Assembly: GCF_018350175.1 (NCBI RefSeq)
Contig: NC_058383.1
Span: 12,526,001 to 12,590,000, forward strand
Length of the DNA stretch: 64,000 nucleotides
Direction: 5' to 3'
DNA from: Felis catus
Lineage: Eukaryota
Shown here piece after piece: positions 1-13,210 of the stretch (position 1 is the first letter of the stretch; every line of letters starts with the position of its first letter). The notes under the pieces were generated by a model. That model saw nothing but the letters and a program-made list of their open reading frames with translations, did no database searches and was not told where the DNA came from. A program made the position numbers and the translations under genes.

Positions 1-1549
1 CAGAAGTGATAATGGGCTCTGAAAACATTTGTTATTGAACAGCCCGAAAAGTAGATGTACGGTAGAAAAGACTGTGGCTTTGCAAATGGAGGTGAAAAGT
101 CTGAACAAAATTGTTTTGCGAGCAAAAAGAGTCCCGACGGCATTCTCTAATATTTCCGAAATATCCTGAGCAGTCTGCAGACTGAATCACAAACTCGAGC
201 CTCCCGCCCCGCCCCCACCCCGAGGATGCCTGCCGTCTCAGAGAGGTTAAGTACACTCTGAATAAACAGCAAACACAGACTCAATGAAGACACCAGGAAA
301 ATGTGGTTCATTTTGATCAGGCATCTTTGGGCTTAGTTGGTCTTCCAAGTTGCAAAGGTGTTAAGGGGCAGCTTCCACCGTCCCTTTTTTGGATGAAATC
401 ATGGACGCGGAGCAGTTAAGCAACATGCCCAGGGTTCCAAAATGGGGACCCAGGTTTCCAGGACAGTTTTGTGACTCCCTGTGGAGATAGCTAGAAACCA
501 CACAGGTCAAGCATTAGCATTGGTGGTGTAACAGGAAACAAAGTAGGTTTGTATGCAGGATGCTGGCATAGCCGTGGACCGTCTTTTAGGAATGGACTTG
601 GCCAAGACCCAGAGACCGAACAGATCGACAGTGGCAGGGACAGTTGGACAGGGTTGCAACGGAATGAACAGTCAGTCCGTGCAGGTTGGCAGTTGGTCCC
701 TGGGAAGTCTGGCAAGAAGCCATATCATCGGAGGTCTTGAAGAAAGGCAGAGTCCAGGATCTGGAAAGTCCATCAGTAGGTCATGGAGCCAGCTTCCAGA
801 AGGGCTGCAAGTATTCTGAGCACAAGAGACCTCGAAGAATTCCAGGCCCATCCACGCTGAGAGATCAGACAGATTCTGTTTCACGCACACATTCGGCTCC
901 TTGCTTTTCTACTCCCTCCTTGTGTATCGTTGCCTATGACCCATCGCCTCCCATCACTGGGAGAGGTTTCCCCACGGGCAACACTTTTCAGCCTCTCTTT
1001 GAGAACCAGAGAAAGACACCATTAATAGACATTTTGTTGTTGCTGTTCTGTCAAACCATTCTTACCTCTTCCCCTCAACTGTATTTCCATGCGAAATTCC
1101 TTAACGATACACACAAAGGGGAAAAAAGCGGGTCCGCACGCATGCTAATGACACTGTGTTCGTTTCTTCTCAAGCGCAGCGTGCTAAAGGAATCGTGTTA
1201 CACTTTTGTTTTACTCTGCTGTATTCTGTAGCTCAGTTGTCATGCTCTCCCTTGGCAGGCACAGCGGAACCAAAGGGATTATACACTTAGCATCTGGAAA
1301 TATTCCACTATCATCGTAGACCAAAATCTGTACCCTGCCTCTTCCCTCCTGCGCCAAGCCAGGATAAACGAGAGAGAAGGCTGCGTTTGCACATCCAGAA
1401 CAGCCCCATCAGAGGAAGCCAGCGGGCTAATGGGAATCCCATGTTCTACGAGCCGGTGACTTATTCTGGAAGCGAAACCTGCATGTGGCCGGGGAGGGGG
1501 AGAGGACTTGGAAAGAGTTAGGTGACAGGCTTTTAACACTGTCGGCGGC

Positions 1550-1575
1550 GGGGGGGGGGGGGGGGGGGGGGGGGG
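1550..1575 (+). repeat. Poly-G homopolymer (G26)
   Basis: Uninterrupted run of 26 G. Confidence 0.95.
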
Positions 1576-3088
1576 ACATTCACATCCTCAAACTCATGAA
1601 TACAGCACCATCACACGTTTCTCCAGAAAGCGGGGCGTAACTCCAGACCCTTCGTGAGGCAGGTAAGTAAAGACCAGTGGAGCTGTCCTCAAACCCTGGG
1701 GAGTCTGCCTGCCACTGCCCGCCCCCCGCTGACCTCACAAAAGGCCGGCTTTCCAACTCCTGCCTCCCCAAGGCTTTCTGCAAGCCAGGGGGCCGTGGGG
1801 CCATTCGGGGATAATCAAACCCCCAGAAGTGAAATTGTCCTGGGCAGGACATTACCTTCATGGCTCTCAGTCTTTGGATCCAGCTACTTTTGGATGCCCG
1901 GGCCCCACTGCAAAGCTATCCAGTTAGAATCTCCGAGGACGGGACCCAGGCATGCCTGGCTGTTAATAGCACCAGACGTCAGCTGTGCCCCTGTCCCCAC
2001 CCTGCGCGGAACAACAGGTCCTCAGCCAAGAATGGTTTGCGGACTCATTTATTTTTTACGTCTCACTCTGCCATCTGCGACAGTGAGTGATTTCTTCTTG
2101 GGAGAGGTTTCCATCCCAGAGATATTCCGCGGGAGGACACCTAATCGTAAATTAAGAGGGAGAGAAGGCAAGGGTCCTGTCTCCATACGGAATCCGTTAA
2201 CCCTATTACCGGTCCTTTCCCACCTTGCCTCAACTCCAGCTGACTCGTGCCCATAGGGAAAAGGCAATAGCTTTACCAAAATATAGTGTCCGGGTCTCGG
2301 GTGTTCACATGAATAGAATTTTCCCTACCAAAGGGGAGCCGAGATTGTAGGATCCTTGTAACATATGCGCACGTGGGTCCAAGCCAAATGCAAATCATGC
2401 CCTGGCCCTGTTTGGAGAGCTGGCTGTGTGCAGGGGAAAGAACCCAAGCCAGGGAGTTCGGAGACCACGGGCTGTTTCTGCTTTGGCCACAGTAGCTCCG
2501 GGAGTCTGGGCAAGCCACCTCTCCCTGGGGCCCCGGCGTCGTCACCAGTGAAACAAAGTTGTAACAAAAGTAGTTGGCCCATCCGTAGGTGACTCTTCAC
2601 GCACCCACCTTCCCTCGTGCCTGGCGGTACCTACTCTGCTCCGTCCTCAGACCGGCAGCCTCAACCAGCAACATCCGGGGAGCCCGTGGGTGACGCAGAG
2701 CTTCGCCCCTGGTTGCCGTCGACCCCAGTCGCTTGACCTCGCGTCTCCCCATCTGGCAGGCCCCACCCGGCCCTAACCTGTGCCACCGTCCCGCCGACCC
2801 CAGACCGGAACTGGAGCCGAAAAGAGAACCGAACCCCTCCAAGCCAGCATCCTGACGCTGAGCTTTGATTCCCACGTCCTGGGCTCCTCTGGAGCCCGTT
2901 CTGAAACCCAGACCAGCACCCTGGCTCACCCAAACCCGGTCTAGAATCTCACCTTTTCCTTTGTTTTCTGCTGGAGTCCAGCTGTTGGACACTTAGGGCA
3001 TATTTCAGGCCCCGTCTTGGACAGAAGCCCTAAACCTGAACCCCAGCCCGGTCGGTCACTTTGCATGTTTCCCACTGAGAAGCATTAC

Positions 3089-3111
3089 TTTTTTGAAGTT
3101 TATTTATTTAT

Positions 3112-3146
<35 letters not shown>

Positions 3147-3277
3147 CCCAAGCAGGCTCCCCACATTGTCAGCAGCACGGGGCCTGACACGGGGCTCGAA
3201 CTTATGAACCATGAGATTGTGACCTGAGTCGAAATCAAGAGTCGGACGCTTAACCGACTGAGCCACCCAGACACCCC
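3089..3277 (-). mobile_element. Can-SINE, older type (SINEC_Fc3-like)
   Basis: Reverse complement of tRNA-like head GGGGTGTCTGGGTGGCTCAGTCGGTTAAGCGTCCGACTCTTGATTTC, (CT)n tract, AATAAA and A tail. Confidence 0.92.
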
Positions 3278-3699
3278 TGAGAGGTGTTCTTGGTGCCAAG
3301 AACCTGCAGGGCCGTCCCACTAGGCGAGCCCCGCCCCCTTCCCAGGTGCCCACTGTGGCTCTCTGCCCACTTGCCAGTGGTGCCTGGGAAGCAGCCAGGG
3401 ATTGCCTGGCCTTTCTTCCATCTGACCCCGCAGTCCCTGCAGCTGGGTTCATGGCTGTCCCTAGCAGGCAGGCTTGGTGCTGAGTCTCAACCTCTTCTAG
3501 CCCGGCTCATCCCCCACACGCTGGGTAAATGAAGCCCCACGCACCATGCCGAGCCTGGCCCTCCGACCTGTCATCTCCATTCCCTTTAGAAAATGCCTGT
3601 GCTACCTTGACTCGGAGGGACACCCATACTTTCTGCCACCCATGCCCCTGGGGCTCGGACACCGTTGAACATTCCCACCGCCACTGAGCACTTTATTTC

Positions 3700-4160
3700 C
3701 TTCCTTATTTCTTTTGCTGCTGTAACAAGTTACCACAAACGTAGTGGTTTAAACAATGTAAGTTTATCTGTATTTATAAGTGAATCTTTATTATTTGGAG
3801 GTCAGAGTCTCCCCGAGCTAAAATCAAAGTGTTGGCCGGTTCCCCCAGAACCCTAGGGAGAACTCATCCCTTGTCTGTTCTGGCTTCTAGGGGCTGTCCA
3901 CATTCTTGGTTTGGGTCCCTCTTCCAGCTTCAAATCCAGCAATCACATCACTCTGACCTCTGTTTCCTTCCTCACATCTCTCTCTCAATCTCTCTCTCTC
4001 TCTCTCTCTCTCTCCCCAGACGCCTCTTTCCTTATGAGGACCCCTGTGATTATACTGGCCCCACCCCAAACCAACTCATCTACAGTTCCTTAACTTACTC
4101 GCCTCTGCAAAGTCCCTCTTGCTATGTAAGGTACCATACCCACAGGTTCTGGGATTAGGT
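3700..4160 (-). mobile_element. MaLR LTR (MLT1 family)
   Basis: GCTGCTGTAACAAGTTACCACAAAC...TCTGCAAAGTCCCT...CACAGGTTCTGGGATTAGG resemble antisense MLT1 blocks. Confidence 0.8.
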
Positions 4161-4239
4161 TCAAGTTCTCTGTGACCTTGACATCTCTCTCTCCAGTTCT
4201 TTCCCCCTCCCTGACCATTTTGCCTTAAGGATCAGTGGA

Positions 4240-4415
4240 TCTTTGTGTCCCTTAAATGCTGGTGCTCCCAGAACTTCACTCAGGTCCTGTTTCTACCATA
4301 CACACTCCCTGTGCACTCCCACCGTCATGAGTTAGGCCTTTCACCTATAGATTCCCAAATGCAGGTCCCCAGCTCAATCCCTTTCTCCTGAGATTCAGAT
4401 CTATACATCCAACAG
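4240..4415 (+). mobile_element. L2 fragment
   Basis: CCCAAAT...CTTTCTCCTGAG..TCAGATCTATACATCCAAC resembles the L2 3' region. Confidence 0.6.
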
Positions 4416-4772
4416 TCAGGCTGTGGTCCTCTGCCTGGGCAGATGCCAAGACCAGTGTTCCCAATGGGTGCTGGGCCCCAGAACCAAGTCAAGAGGGGCC
4501 AGTGTCAGAGCCTTGACTGGGGAGACCTCTGGGGGTTGTTCTGCTCCCCTTTGGAGCAACAATTGAAGAGACAAGCTCATTCCTTTAGCAGAAAGAAACA
4601 CGGACAGGCAGAAGGAATAAGCCACCCTTAACTCATTAATCTTCCTCTCTTTATTTGTACAAAGTCCCACTTTCCACATCTTGCTCCCCTAGAACCTTAT
4701 CCACGAGAATACTGACAATTAAAAATGATACAGGGAAGAAAGTACACCAGACCACAATGGGAACGACTATCC

Positions 4773-4990
4773 TTTGTTGAGCAGTTGCCAGGAATTGTGT
4801 TAAGAATAGTACAGGAAAATATTTTATCTCATTTAATCCCCATGACGAGCCAGTGAGGTCTTTCTCATCTCCAATGAAGAAAACGTGGTGTTGGTGGTTA
4901 AGTAACTCACCAAGTTCATACGGTCAAGGAGAGACAGGGCTGGACTTGAACCGAGGTCTGGCTGACACCGACGTTCATGCTATTAACACT
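4773..4990 (-). mobile_element. MIR
   Basis: ATCTCATTTAATCC...GGTTAAGTAACTCACCAAG...GGACTTGAACCGAGGTCTGGCTGAC matches the antisense MIR core. Confidence 0.8.
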
Positions 4991-5879
4991 GGCTTCCCCT
5001 CTTCCACAAGGCAACACTCATGCTTCCGGGTGTGCTTTGTCCTTCCGTGGCCGCTCCAGAAATCTGTAGGTCTAGAGAGAGGAAGCTCTTGCTGTCAACA
5101 AGCACACATGCTACCATTTCTCAGGCTCGGGGGTCAGATTATCCAAGAGGGTTGGAGTCATGAAAGTGCCCCGGGGACAGATTGCCTGGGAACTGCCTGC
5201 CCCATCGCCCCAAGGCCTCCGGCACGCCTGTGTATAATTTGCACTGGTTGGAGGAAATCATTGCTGGGTATTGATTCTGGAAGCAGCTGAGACACAGGGA
5301 ACAAATACAGCCCAGTAATAACGCGGCGAGGGAGAAAGCCGAGAGGGGAACCCACGCGTTCACTTCACTCCTCAGCGGTCGATAAGCTGTTTCTTGAGAC
5401 TCATTACTCTTCTGCGCCTGGATCCCAGCAGCGTGGGCGTCACCGGGAGCTTCCTCACTGCTGCGTTATCCTAATGGATATGGTCTGAGTTTGTACAGTT
5501 CCGGAACGATGGTAGTCTGCCGGAGGAGGTCATGGGGGGGGGGGGGGGCCGTGACCACTGGTTGGCCCGCAAGCTGTCCCTGGGCAATTGGAGGCTACTC
5601 ACCCCCTCCCCTGTCCTTGGAATATATATTCTGCCCGCCATTCCCACCGTGGGGTTTGGTTCCAAGGATCCAGCCTTGAGAGGTAAGGTGTTGTTGAGAA
5701 CCTTCTGGACTGTGTACTTTAAGAGACACAGCTCAGTACTCAACTCCATATAGGCTACTCCATGAACTTTTAAGATGGGGCAGGCAGGTGGAGACCTACT
5801 CCTCTCGTGGCCGCCCAAGACAAGTCTCATACATGTGAGTCACACATATATGTGTGTTACAGCACACAAATGCTTCTTC

Positions 5880-6010
5880 TTTTCGTTCAATCAGTTAACA
5901 GTTGTTAAGAGCCTACCATGACCAAGGCAGTACCAGGCACTAGAGACATAATAGGAAACAAGACAGACAAGGCAGACACACTCTCTGCCCTTACAGCTAG
6001 CAATCTGTTG
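5880..6010 (-). mobile_element. L2 3' end
   Basis: GAGCCTACCATG..CCAGGCACTAGAGACATA..AACAAGACAGACAA..CTGCCCTT. Confidence 0.65.
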
Positions 6011-6494
6011 TCATTTCATTTCAATGGGGACACTTGGCAACCTAGAAAATGCCCAGGAGGAAGGCAGGCGGGAACAGCTCAAGAGAGCACATGACAAGAT
6101 CAGCCAAAATATCGGTCATTTTTGAAGCTGAGCGAAGAGTACATGGTGAGCAGACGAGCATATTGTTCTATTTGGGTTTGGAAACTTCCCTAAGTCATGT
6201 CAAGAGTTGGTCGTGAGGAAAACAAAGTAAACGTACCGTGTGTTGCCCAAAAGGCTAATGAATACCCCTGAAATTGCCTAGCGCTTTTGAAACCAGTGTG
6301 GTCCCAATCAATCCTCACAGGAGTGGCGGGAGGTAATCAGGGGGAGTAGTGACTACCCCTGCTTTACAAACGAGGAAAAGACTAGACTCCAAGAAGCTCA
6401 GAGGCAGGAGAATCCACATCTCCATCCTAATGTCTGACTTGATTAGAATCCCATCCACCACAATCCAGGTCAAGGTTACAGGGGGATAGTTCTG

Positions 6495-6690
6495 AGTCTA
6501 ATACGAACAAGAACTTTTAACCTCTAGAGACGGTATAGGCCTCCTTGAGAAGTAGTGAATCTCTGGCACTAGAAATGTCAAGAAGGTGGAAGCTTCTCCC
6601 ACTAGAAATGACTTGGGGAGATTTCTGCGATAGGTGGGATCATAGATGGAGAGCATCAAGGGGGCCCTTCAACGATTAATTCCGATGGTG
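6495..6690 (+). mobile_element. L3/CR1 3' end
   Basis: AAGAACTTTT...GTAGTGAATCTCTGGCACTAGAAATGTCAAG...GGCCCTTCAAC resembles the L3 3' terminus. Confidence 0.55.
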
Positions 6691-6824
6691 AAGGAGATTT
6701 CAGAAGGCTTCTCTGGATTCCCTTATTGGTTCTTTTCTCGGGGGGGGGGGATATGGCGGAGAAAGGTCATCCAGGTTGCACTTTGGTCACCACTTGTATA
6801 TTAAGAGGAAAGAACACCAAGTAA

Positions 6825-6990
6825 AAACAGCTCCCATTTAATGAGCAGGAACCCTCTGCCATGCACCTGCTGAGCGTATCTGCGTTATCTCACCTCATCT
6901 TCGCATAACCCTCATTGGTAGGTACCATAATTATATCCGAGGCACGGGGAAGTAAACTAACATCCAGCTGACAAAAGATTCTTGGCGGGA
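6825..6990 (-). mobile_element. MIR fragment
   Basis: AACAGCTCCCATTTAATGAGC..TGCCATGCAC..TTATCTCA..TCTTCGCATAACCCT. Confidence 0.6.
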
Positions 6991-8265
6991 ATCTCGACAG
7001 CAACCCTTGAGTTTATGGAGAGAGACGGCCCGCTCCTGGGAATGCTCTGCTCCCTTTCCCTTGCTTAGAATTCTCTAGCACCCGGGGAGGCCAGCTCCAG
7101 ACAGACAAGGGCACTTAGGGAGTGGAAAGGAAAAACAAAGGCACCTGCAGAGCCAATTTGTGAGTTGAAATTCAACTCCAAAACCTAACTGTTTGTTCCT
7201 TGAGCTAAAGTCCTGGGCTTTGATCACAGTTACTAACGGGTGAACAGCCCGGGACTGGCCTCGGTTCCCTGCAGGGAAAGGTAAACATTCTTGGGGAAAT
7301 GCAAACCTATCACTAATGGTCTAAAATGGCCCGTAATGGAGGCATAATTTCTTTGGGGAACGAGCCCCCTGTAAAGGTAAAAGGTTGTTATTTTTACAGC
7401 CTGAATGCACGATCTTTCCAACCGCAGTCAGAACCCTTCCTCCCGTACTGACGGCACCCGCAGGGCAGATAAAGAAAGAAACACCAATTTCCCAACCGAA
7501 ACCCCTGCTCGCTCTGCTTAAGGGCTTGGTGCCTCCCCCCAGCGCGGAGGTGAGTGTCACCCACTATAGTTTTCGCCTGAAAGGGAGGTGGATAGGTGAG
7601 GCTGAGAAGGTATAATTACAGGGGGAGGCTGGAGCATCTCGGATTGTGACACCAGGCGAGCCTTTCTCTGCCGACTGTGCCTCTCAAAAGAGCCTTCCCC
7701 GCCACCTTTATCAAAACCGCTGTCAGGGGAGCACCCCTGTTATTAAATGCTCCTCGGCACGTCTGCACGGAGCATAATCACAGGTGGTAAGCCTGGAGGG
7801 GAAGCTGTGCACCGGGAGGGGAGAAAGAAAACACGAGGATGAGCTGACTAAAAACACATAAATGAGGTGTAAAAATTCGATTAGAGACACAGGGAAGGGG
7901 AGAGGAAATCAGGACGTGGACGGGAGGGACAGGACGCTGAAGTCTTCTTTAGTTCTCCTGGGGGTGGGTCGGAGTCTTTTTGATTTTCATTCCTTGTCGG
8001 GGGTGGGGGGGGCGGAGGTGAAGGTTCTAGAAAGGTAAGAAACGTGTAGTCCTGGCACGGTCACATCTCCCAGACCCACCTGCTACAAACTCCAGTGGAG
8101 TAATGGAACAATAAACTAGAAAGAAGAAAGAAAGAACGAAAGAAAGAGAGAGAGAAAGAGGGAGAGAAACATTGGAAACATGGGACACATTGGAATCACG
8201 TTGGGGGTTGGGGGAAGGTGGCAGGGATCAGGCACCCCTTTCCTCTTCAAGCTCCCTCAGATGAC

Positions 8266-8471
8266 GGGGCACCTGGGTGGCTCAGTCCGTTAAGCATCCG
8301 ACATCGGCTCAGGTCATGATCTCATGGTTTGTGAGTTCGAGCCCCGCGTCGGGCTCTGTGCTGACAGCTCAGAGCCTGGAGCCTGCTTCAGATTCTATGT
8401 CTCCCTCTCTCTCTGCCCCTCCCTACTTGCTCTCTCTCTGTCTCTCTCTCTCTCTCTCAAAAATAAATAAA
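8266..8471 (+). mobile_element. Can-SINE (SINEC_Fc2-like)
   Basis: GGGGCACCTGGGTGGCTCAGTC head with A/B boxes, (CT)n, AATAAA; degenerate TSD AAGCTCCCTCAGATGA / AAGCTACCCCAAACGA. Confidence 0.95.
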
Positions 8472-8989
8472 GCTACCCCAAACGATCATAACATCTAGTC
8501 ACTACTTTGGAACCACTGCCGTGGAAGAAGCAGGGTTCGTCGTGTTCTGTTTCCCAGGAACATCCCCCCGGCCCCGCCCCCCGCAATCTAACCCTCCCCA
8601 ACCTTCCACGCACAGCTCAAATGTCACCCCAGGAAAACAACAATTCCTGAACCTGTAGTGAGTGCACAGTAATGAGCCAAACGCTCTGGGGAACACATAC
8701 GAAATAAGACAGCCTCTGCTCAGTTCATATGCAGTGAGGGCGAAAGCTTGTGTCCAGTACAGAGAGGAGCTCAATAAATATTTAGGAGATAAATGAATGA
8801 ATGAATAAGCGAATGACTTCACAATGGTAGACGGTGCTTGGGAAAGTGACAGGGAGGTGACCCAGGGAAAACAAAGGAGCAGGTGTAACGTGCAAAGTAG
8901 GGAATGCCCCACAGGGGGACACTTTATAAAGGTGGCAGCATTTGAGTTGGGCTTTGAAGGATGGGTCCTAGTGATATTTAACGTGTGGT

Positions 8990-9170
8990 CGGAGCTTTAA
9001 ACTTGATCAATGTTTTACATGCATTAACTTATTTAGTGACTTTTCATAGCCCTTGAAGTTGGCATTTTGATCCCGACTGTAGAGGTGAGGAAAGGTCAAA
9101 TGACTTCACCAAGCTCAGGATGCTAGTGAGTGAGGAAGCCCAGGACCCTAGTCTGGAATTAGCTGACCCG
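8990..9170 (-). mobile_element. MIR
   Basis: TTTTACATGCATTAACTTATTTA..AGAGGTGAGGAAAGGTCAAATGACTT..CCAAG..GCTAGTGAGTG. Confidence 0.65.
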
Positions 9171-9841
9171 CAATGACATGTCTGAGGGATCACGCTGTAA
9201 GTCACTTAGGGGCCAAGAATGCCGTATAAGAGAGACACCAGTGTTCTATTCCCAGCATGTGATTTCTAGAGGGGACGATGGGTTTGTTTGGGTTTTTTTT
9301 TAAAGGGAATCTGTCTTTTAGGAAGACAGTCGTGAATCCCAGGATAAAGACAGGCTTCCGAGCTGTCGTGTTGGTAAAGGTGTCCCCAGAGACCCCGGAA
9401 CCCTCAGAGCAATTGGGTGGCATCTCTCTTGAGGCCCTTGTCGCATTCTCTGGAGTGTTCCTCCTGTACAAGCTTGTCTCCTCTCCTTTTCGATATGATA
9501 AACTCTTTGGCCAGAATCTGGCCACGTTTCATGTTTGAACCTCTCTGAAACCCAGCCAGGGTGGATCCTACAGTTTCTCCAATTCAGAAGGCCTTCTTTA
9601 AGAAAAACACTATAAAATCATAAATACTGGATTAGGTACGCGGTGAATGTGTCTCCAGAATGAAGGAGGAACTCAGGGCGAAATGCCAATTTTAAAGACC
9701 GACGAATAAAACCAGAAAATTAGTGTATATTTTTGTTCCTCAACTGCCCAATACCCCTCTGAAATACTTTCAACCTCTAATTTTGGGGGCCACGTCATGT
9801 TTATTTGCTTCTTCAGACAACGAAAATTTTGTAATACCTTT

Positions 9842-10067
9842 CTTTTTAAATTTTTTTTAGTGTTTATTTATTTTTGACAGAGGGACAGAGAGAGACAGAA
9901 CATGAGCGGGGGAGGGGCAGCGAGAGAGGGAGACACAGAATCGGAAGCAGGCTCCAGGCTCCGAGCCATCAGCACAGAGCCCGACGCGGGGCTCGAACCC
10001 ACAGACCGCGAGGCCATGACCTGAGCCGAAGTCGGACCCTCAGCCGACGGAGCCACCCGGGCGCCCC
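9842..10067 (-). mobile_element. Can-SINE (SINEC_Fc2-like) with TSD
   Basis: Full antisense SINE; 12-bp TSD TGTAATACCTTT at 9830-9841 and 10068-10079. Confidence 0.96.
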
Positions 10068-10926
10068 TGTAATACCTTTTTTGAAAGTAAGCATGGTTAG
10101 ACAAAACTTGTTCGGGGTTATTAAGAGTTTTGAGATGCCTCTTGGCACATCACAACTTTTTAACAGCGATGTAATATTTATCAAGTTGCTTCCGATAAAG
10201 AAAACTATACGGGCTGGGGGCATTTCAAGCATTCTCATTGAGGAGCAAATCTTAAGTACTTGGTGACCTTCATTCACAATGTGTCATAGACGTCCGCATC
10301 GCCGTGGTATGTTTTAGGTTGCCTATAACGGGAAGGAAATTCTGTTTCGTCTAAGCAGAGATGGGATTCGGTCCTCGATTTTCAGCTCTACTTATCTGAT
10401 ACTCAGGAGAACTTTCCCCAGAGGAGATTATGGCTCTGTACCCTTCAAACCTTGTTCCTCCTACATCACCTACTTGCTTCTCGTTCTGGGCTCTGTGGGG
10501 TCCACTCCTATCACTCTGACCCTGCCCTTTCCCTATTTGGTCATGACACCAGGTAAGTCAGTAACATGGAGGTTAAGAGTATTCCTGGAAGCCATAGCCA
10601 CACGAGGAAGGCTAGCGAGAACCGAAATATGCTTAGGAATGCCAGCCAACAACACACATCCGTGCCACCGAACTCAGTTCCCAAAAGGCCACTCAACTTC
10701 CTCTTCCCGTTGCCGCAGCCCCCTTCAAGAACACCCAACACACACGTGAGGAAACATGGAAGGGAGGCCAGAAGAGAGAGAGGTAACAGTCTTAACCGAT
10801 TACAGTTACCATATCTTAGGTTCACAAATTTAGCAAAACATACAAGCATACAAACACGTTACCAGGGTTTGTCCATTGCCTTAGGAGGGACCCAGGCAGG
10901 AAAGGAGCTTAAAGTTTAAGCTTCAT

Positions 10927-11172
10927 AGGGCACCCGGGTGGCTCAGTCAGCTAAGCATCTGGCTCTGGCTCAGGTCATGATCTCACGGTTCGTGAGTTCG
11001 AGTCCCACACTGGGTGAGCTCAAGCCCCACTTTGGGTGAGCTCCACTTCTCTTTCTCTCTCTCTCTCTCCAACCCCCCCTGCCCCTCTTGGGATTCTCTC
11101 TCTCTCTCTCCCTCTCTGTATGCCCTCGCTCACGTCCTCTCTCTCTCTCAAAAAAAAAAAAAAAAAAAAAAA
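10927..11172 (+). mobile_element. Can-SINE variant with duplicated B-box segment
   Basis: SINE head, internal 22-bp tandem duplication, long A tail; TSD AAAGTTTAAGCTTCAT / AAAGCTTAAGTTTCAT. Confidence 0.9.
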
Positions 11173-11259
11173 AAAGCTTAAGTTTCATCAAAGTGAATTT
11201 ACCTCTGGATACATTCCCATGCTTTGCAGAGAATAAGTACTGAGTGAATAAGTGCTTTT

Positions 11260-11474
11260 TTTCCCCCAATTTTTATTTACATTCTTGTTACTTAACATAT
11301 AGTGTCATATTGATTTCAGACGCAGAATTTAGTGACTCATCACTTGCCTACAACACGCAGTGCTCATCACAAGTGCCCTCCTCGCCCATCCAGCCCATCC
11401 CCCATCCACCTCCCTCCACCACCCCTCAGTTTGTTCTCTGATCTGAAGAGTCGCTTACTGTTTGCTTCCCTCTC
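11260..11474 (-). mobile_element. Carnivore L1 3' end, 5'-truncated
   Basis: TTAACATATAGTGT..GAATTTAGTGACTCATCACTT..CAACACGCAGTGCTCATCACAAGTGCCCTCCT..CCCTCAGTTTGTTCTCT is typical of the carnivore L1 3' UTR. Confidence 0.85.
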
Positions 11475-11821
11475 AATAGGGAAGCCTGGGCCGGGAGCCG
11501 GAATTCTAGAACATCCAGACAACTGGGAGCGAGGCACAACTCGTGCCCTAGAAGGTTAGGCCGGGCTCAGAGCCCTGCCCAGAACTGAGTGCAGTTTTCC
11601 AGGACGGCTCTGCCTCACGCAGGGCCAGCAGAGTAAACCCATTGCCTCACTCATTCCAGACAGTCTTCCTCTATGAATCCAAGCTAAAACTGCTTTGTTG
11701 TGCTGTTTTTCTTTCCTTCTCTCTTCGGCGGACTTCTCGTGACATTGACGCATACCAAGATCGTAGTCACCTAAAACCTTTTTTTAAATTTCCACACTGG
11801 CTAAACCAGTTCTCCCAATAA

Positions 11822-12117
11822 GCGAGAAAAGGCAGAGGAAGGGTGAGTTTGTTCTCTTTGCTTGGGCTGGGCCATGCATCCTCTCCTGCCCTTGGACGCT
11901 GGTGCTCTTGGATGTGGGGCCTTTGGACTCAGACGAGATTATACCACCAGCTGTCCTGGTTTTCCAGCTCACAGATGGCAGATTGTAGGACTTCTTGGCC
12001 TCCATAATTGCATGAGCCAATTACTATAATAAATTTCCATTCTATTCTAGTCTAGTCTAGTCTAGTCTTATAATCTCTCCTCTTGGTCCATCCCTCTGGA
12101 GAGCCCTGGCAAATACA
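11822..12117 (+). mobile_element. ERVL LTR (MLT2 family), 3' part
   Basis: AAAAGGCAGAGGAAGGGTGA..CCTTTGGACTCAGAC..CAGATGGCAGATTGTAGGACTTCTTGGCCTCCATAATTGCATGAGCCAATT..CTCTGGAGAGCCCTGGCAAATACA. Confidence 0.85.
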
Positions 12118-13119
12118 ATGCAAATGCACAACTCCACTATCCCAATTAAATTCCATAGACTTATGTTTAGCCCAGCACTCTGGCCTCATGAGATGGACCT
12201 GACTCTCCCCATTGTCACCTACTATACTGACTGCCGCTACCCTTTCTAGAACACCCAAGTCACTGATTCCAAACCACGGAATGGGACGTGATCCTAAGTG
12301 GAACCCAGTAGCTCAGTCTCCTGAACCCCCTCTCTGGCCTGAGGTTAATTTGTTAAGCAACATATTTGGGGTCCAGAAGTTCAATCTATTTTTAAGCGAT
12401 CTGATTGGAATGCCACCCAACCTGAATTTAAAGCTCACGGGGATATCCAATGCCTTGGTAGAATCCGTGTGTCTTCCATACTTTCACGATCCAACACATT
12501 CAGGGATCCCATCAAAAGAATTAAATGAGGATGGTTTAAGATCCCTTTTTTTCTTAGCGCATTTGTGTTATTTTTCCCGTCGCCCATCATTTCTCTTGCT
12601 ACAAGCTCACGATGCTGGCTTAAAATTGTGTACTTACGCAGCATTTCCCTGGAACCTCTGACTCGCAGCTCTCTTCGGAGAGCAGGACTCTTTGCCATGG
12701 GTAAGAACGCATCTTGCGGTGTTTTTAGAGGTCAGCGATTTCCAGAATGTATTTATATGCAATTACTAATGACATAATAATACCCTGCACTTGATACGAG
12801 GCTGTGCAGTTTACAAGGCTGTGCTGTTTCTTGTACAATCTCACTTAACAAAAACCTATCTTAGAAAAAAGGCAAGAATTCAACTTTAGGGAAAGAATAA
12901 TGAACTCTAATCATTAAGGCCCCGCCCATGCTCTAGGACAGCTGACTCTGAAAAGCCAGTGAGATTGTACTTTCCACTTGAGCATTCTGAAGTCCATCAT
13001 CTCTAAAAGCCATCATCTCTATGTTGCGGTAATCATTAGAGCAAGGAGAAAGCTCTATGAGGCATTGATTCCCAACAGCATGGACAGCCTCTGTTATGAC
13101 TTGGGATATATATTATAAT

Positions 13120-13210
13120 AGCATTCAGAAACTCTGGGGAGGGGGCCCACGAACCTGGGTTTCAACAAGCCCTCCACGCAATTCTGATGCATGCTCACAT
13201 TTGAGAACCT
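13120..13210 (+). mobile_element. MER5A-like hAT MITE fragment
   Basis: CAGAAACTCTGGGG..TTCAACAAGCCCTCC..ATTCTGATGCATGCTCACATTTGAGAACC. Confidence 0.75.

Noticed and set aside
1627..10558. Perfect CAG|GTAAGT donors at 1663 and 10553 (possible 36-nt open exon 1627-1662)
   Set aside because: Weak or ambiguous acceptors, no recognisable peptide, and no consistent multi-exon model can be built.
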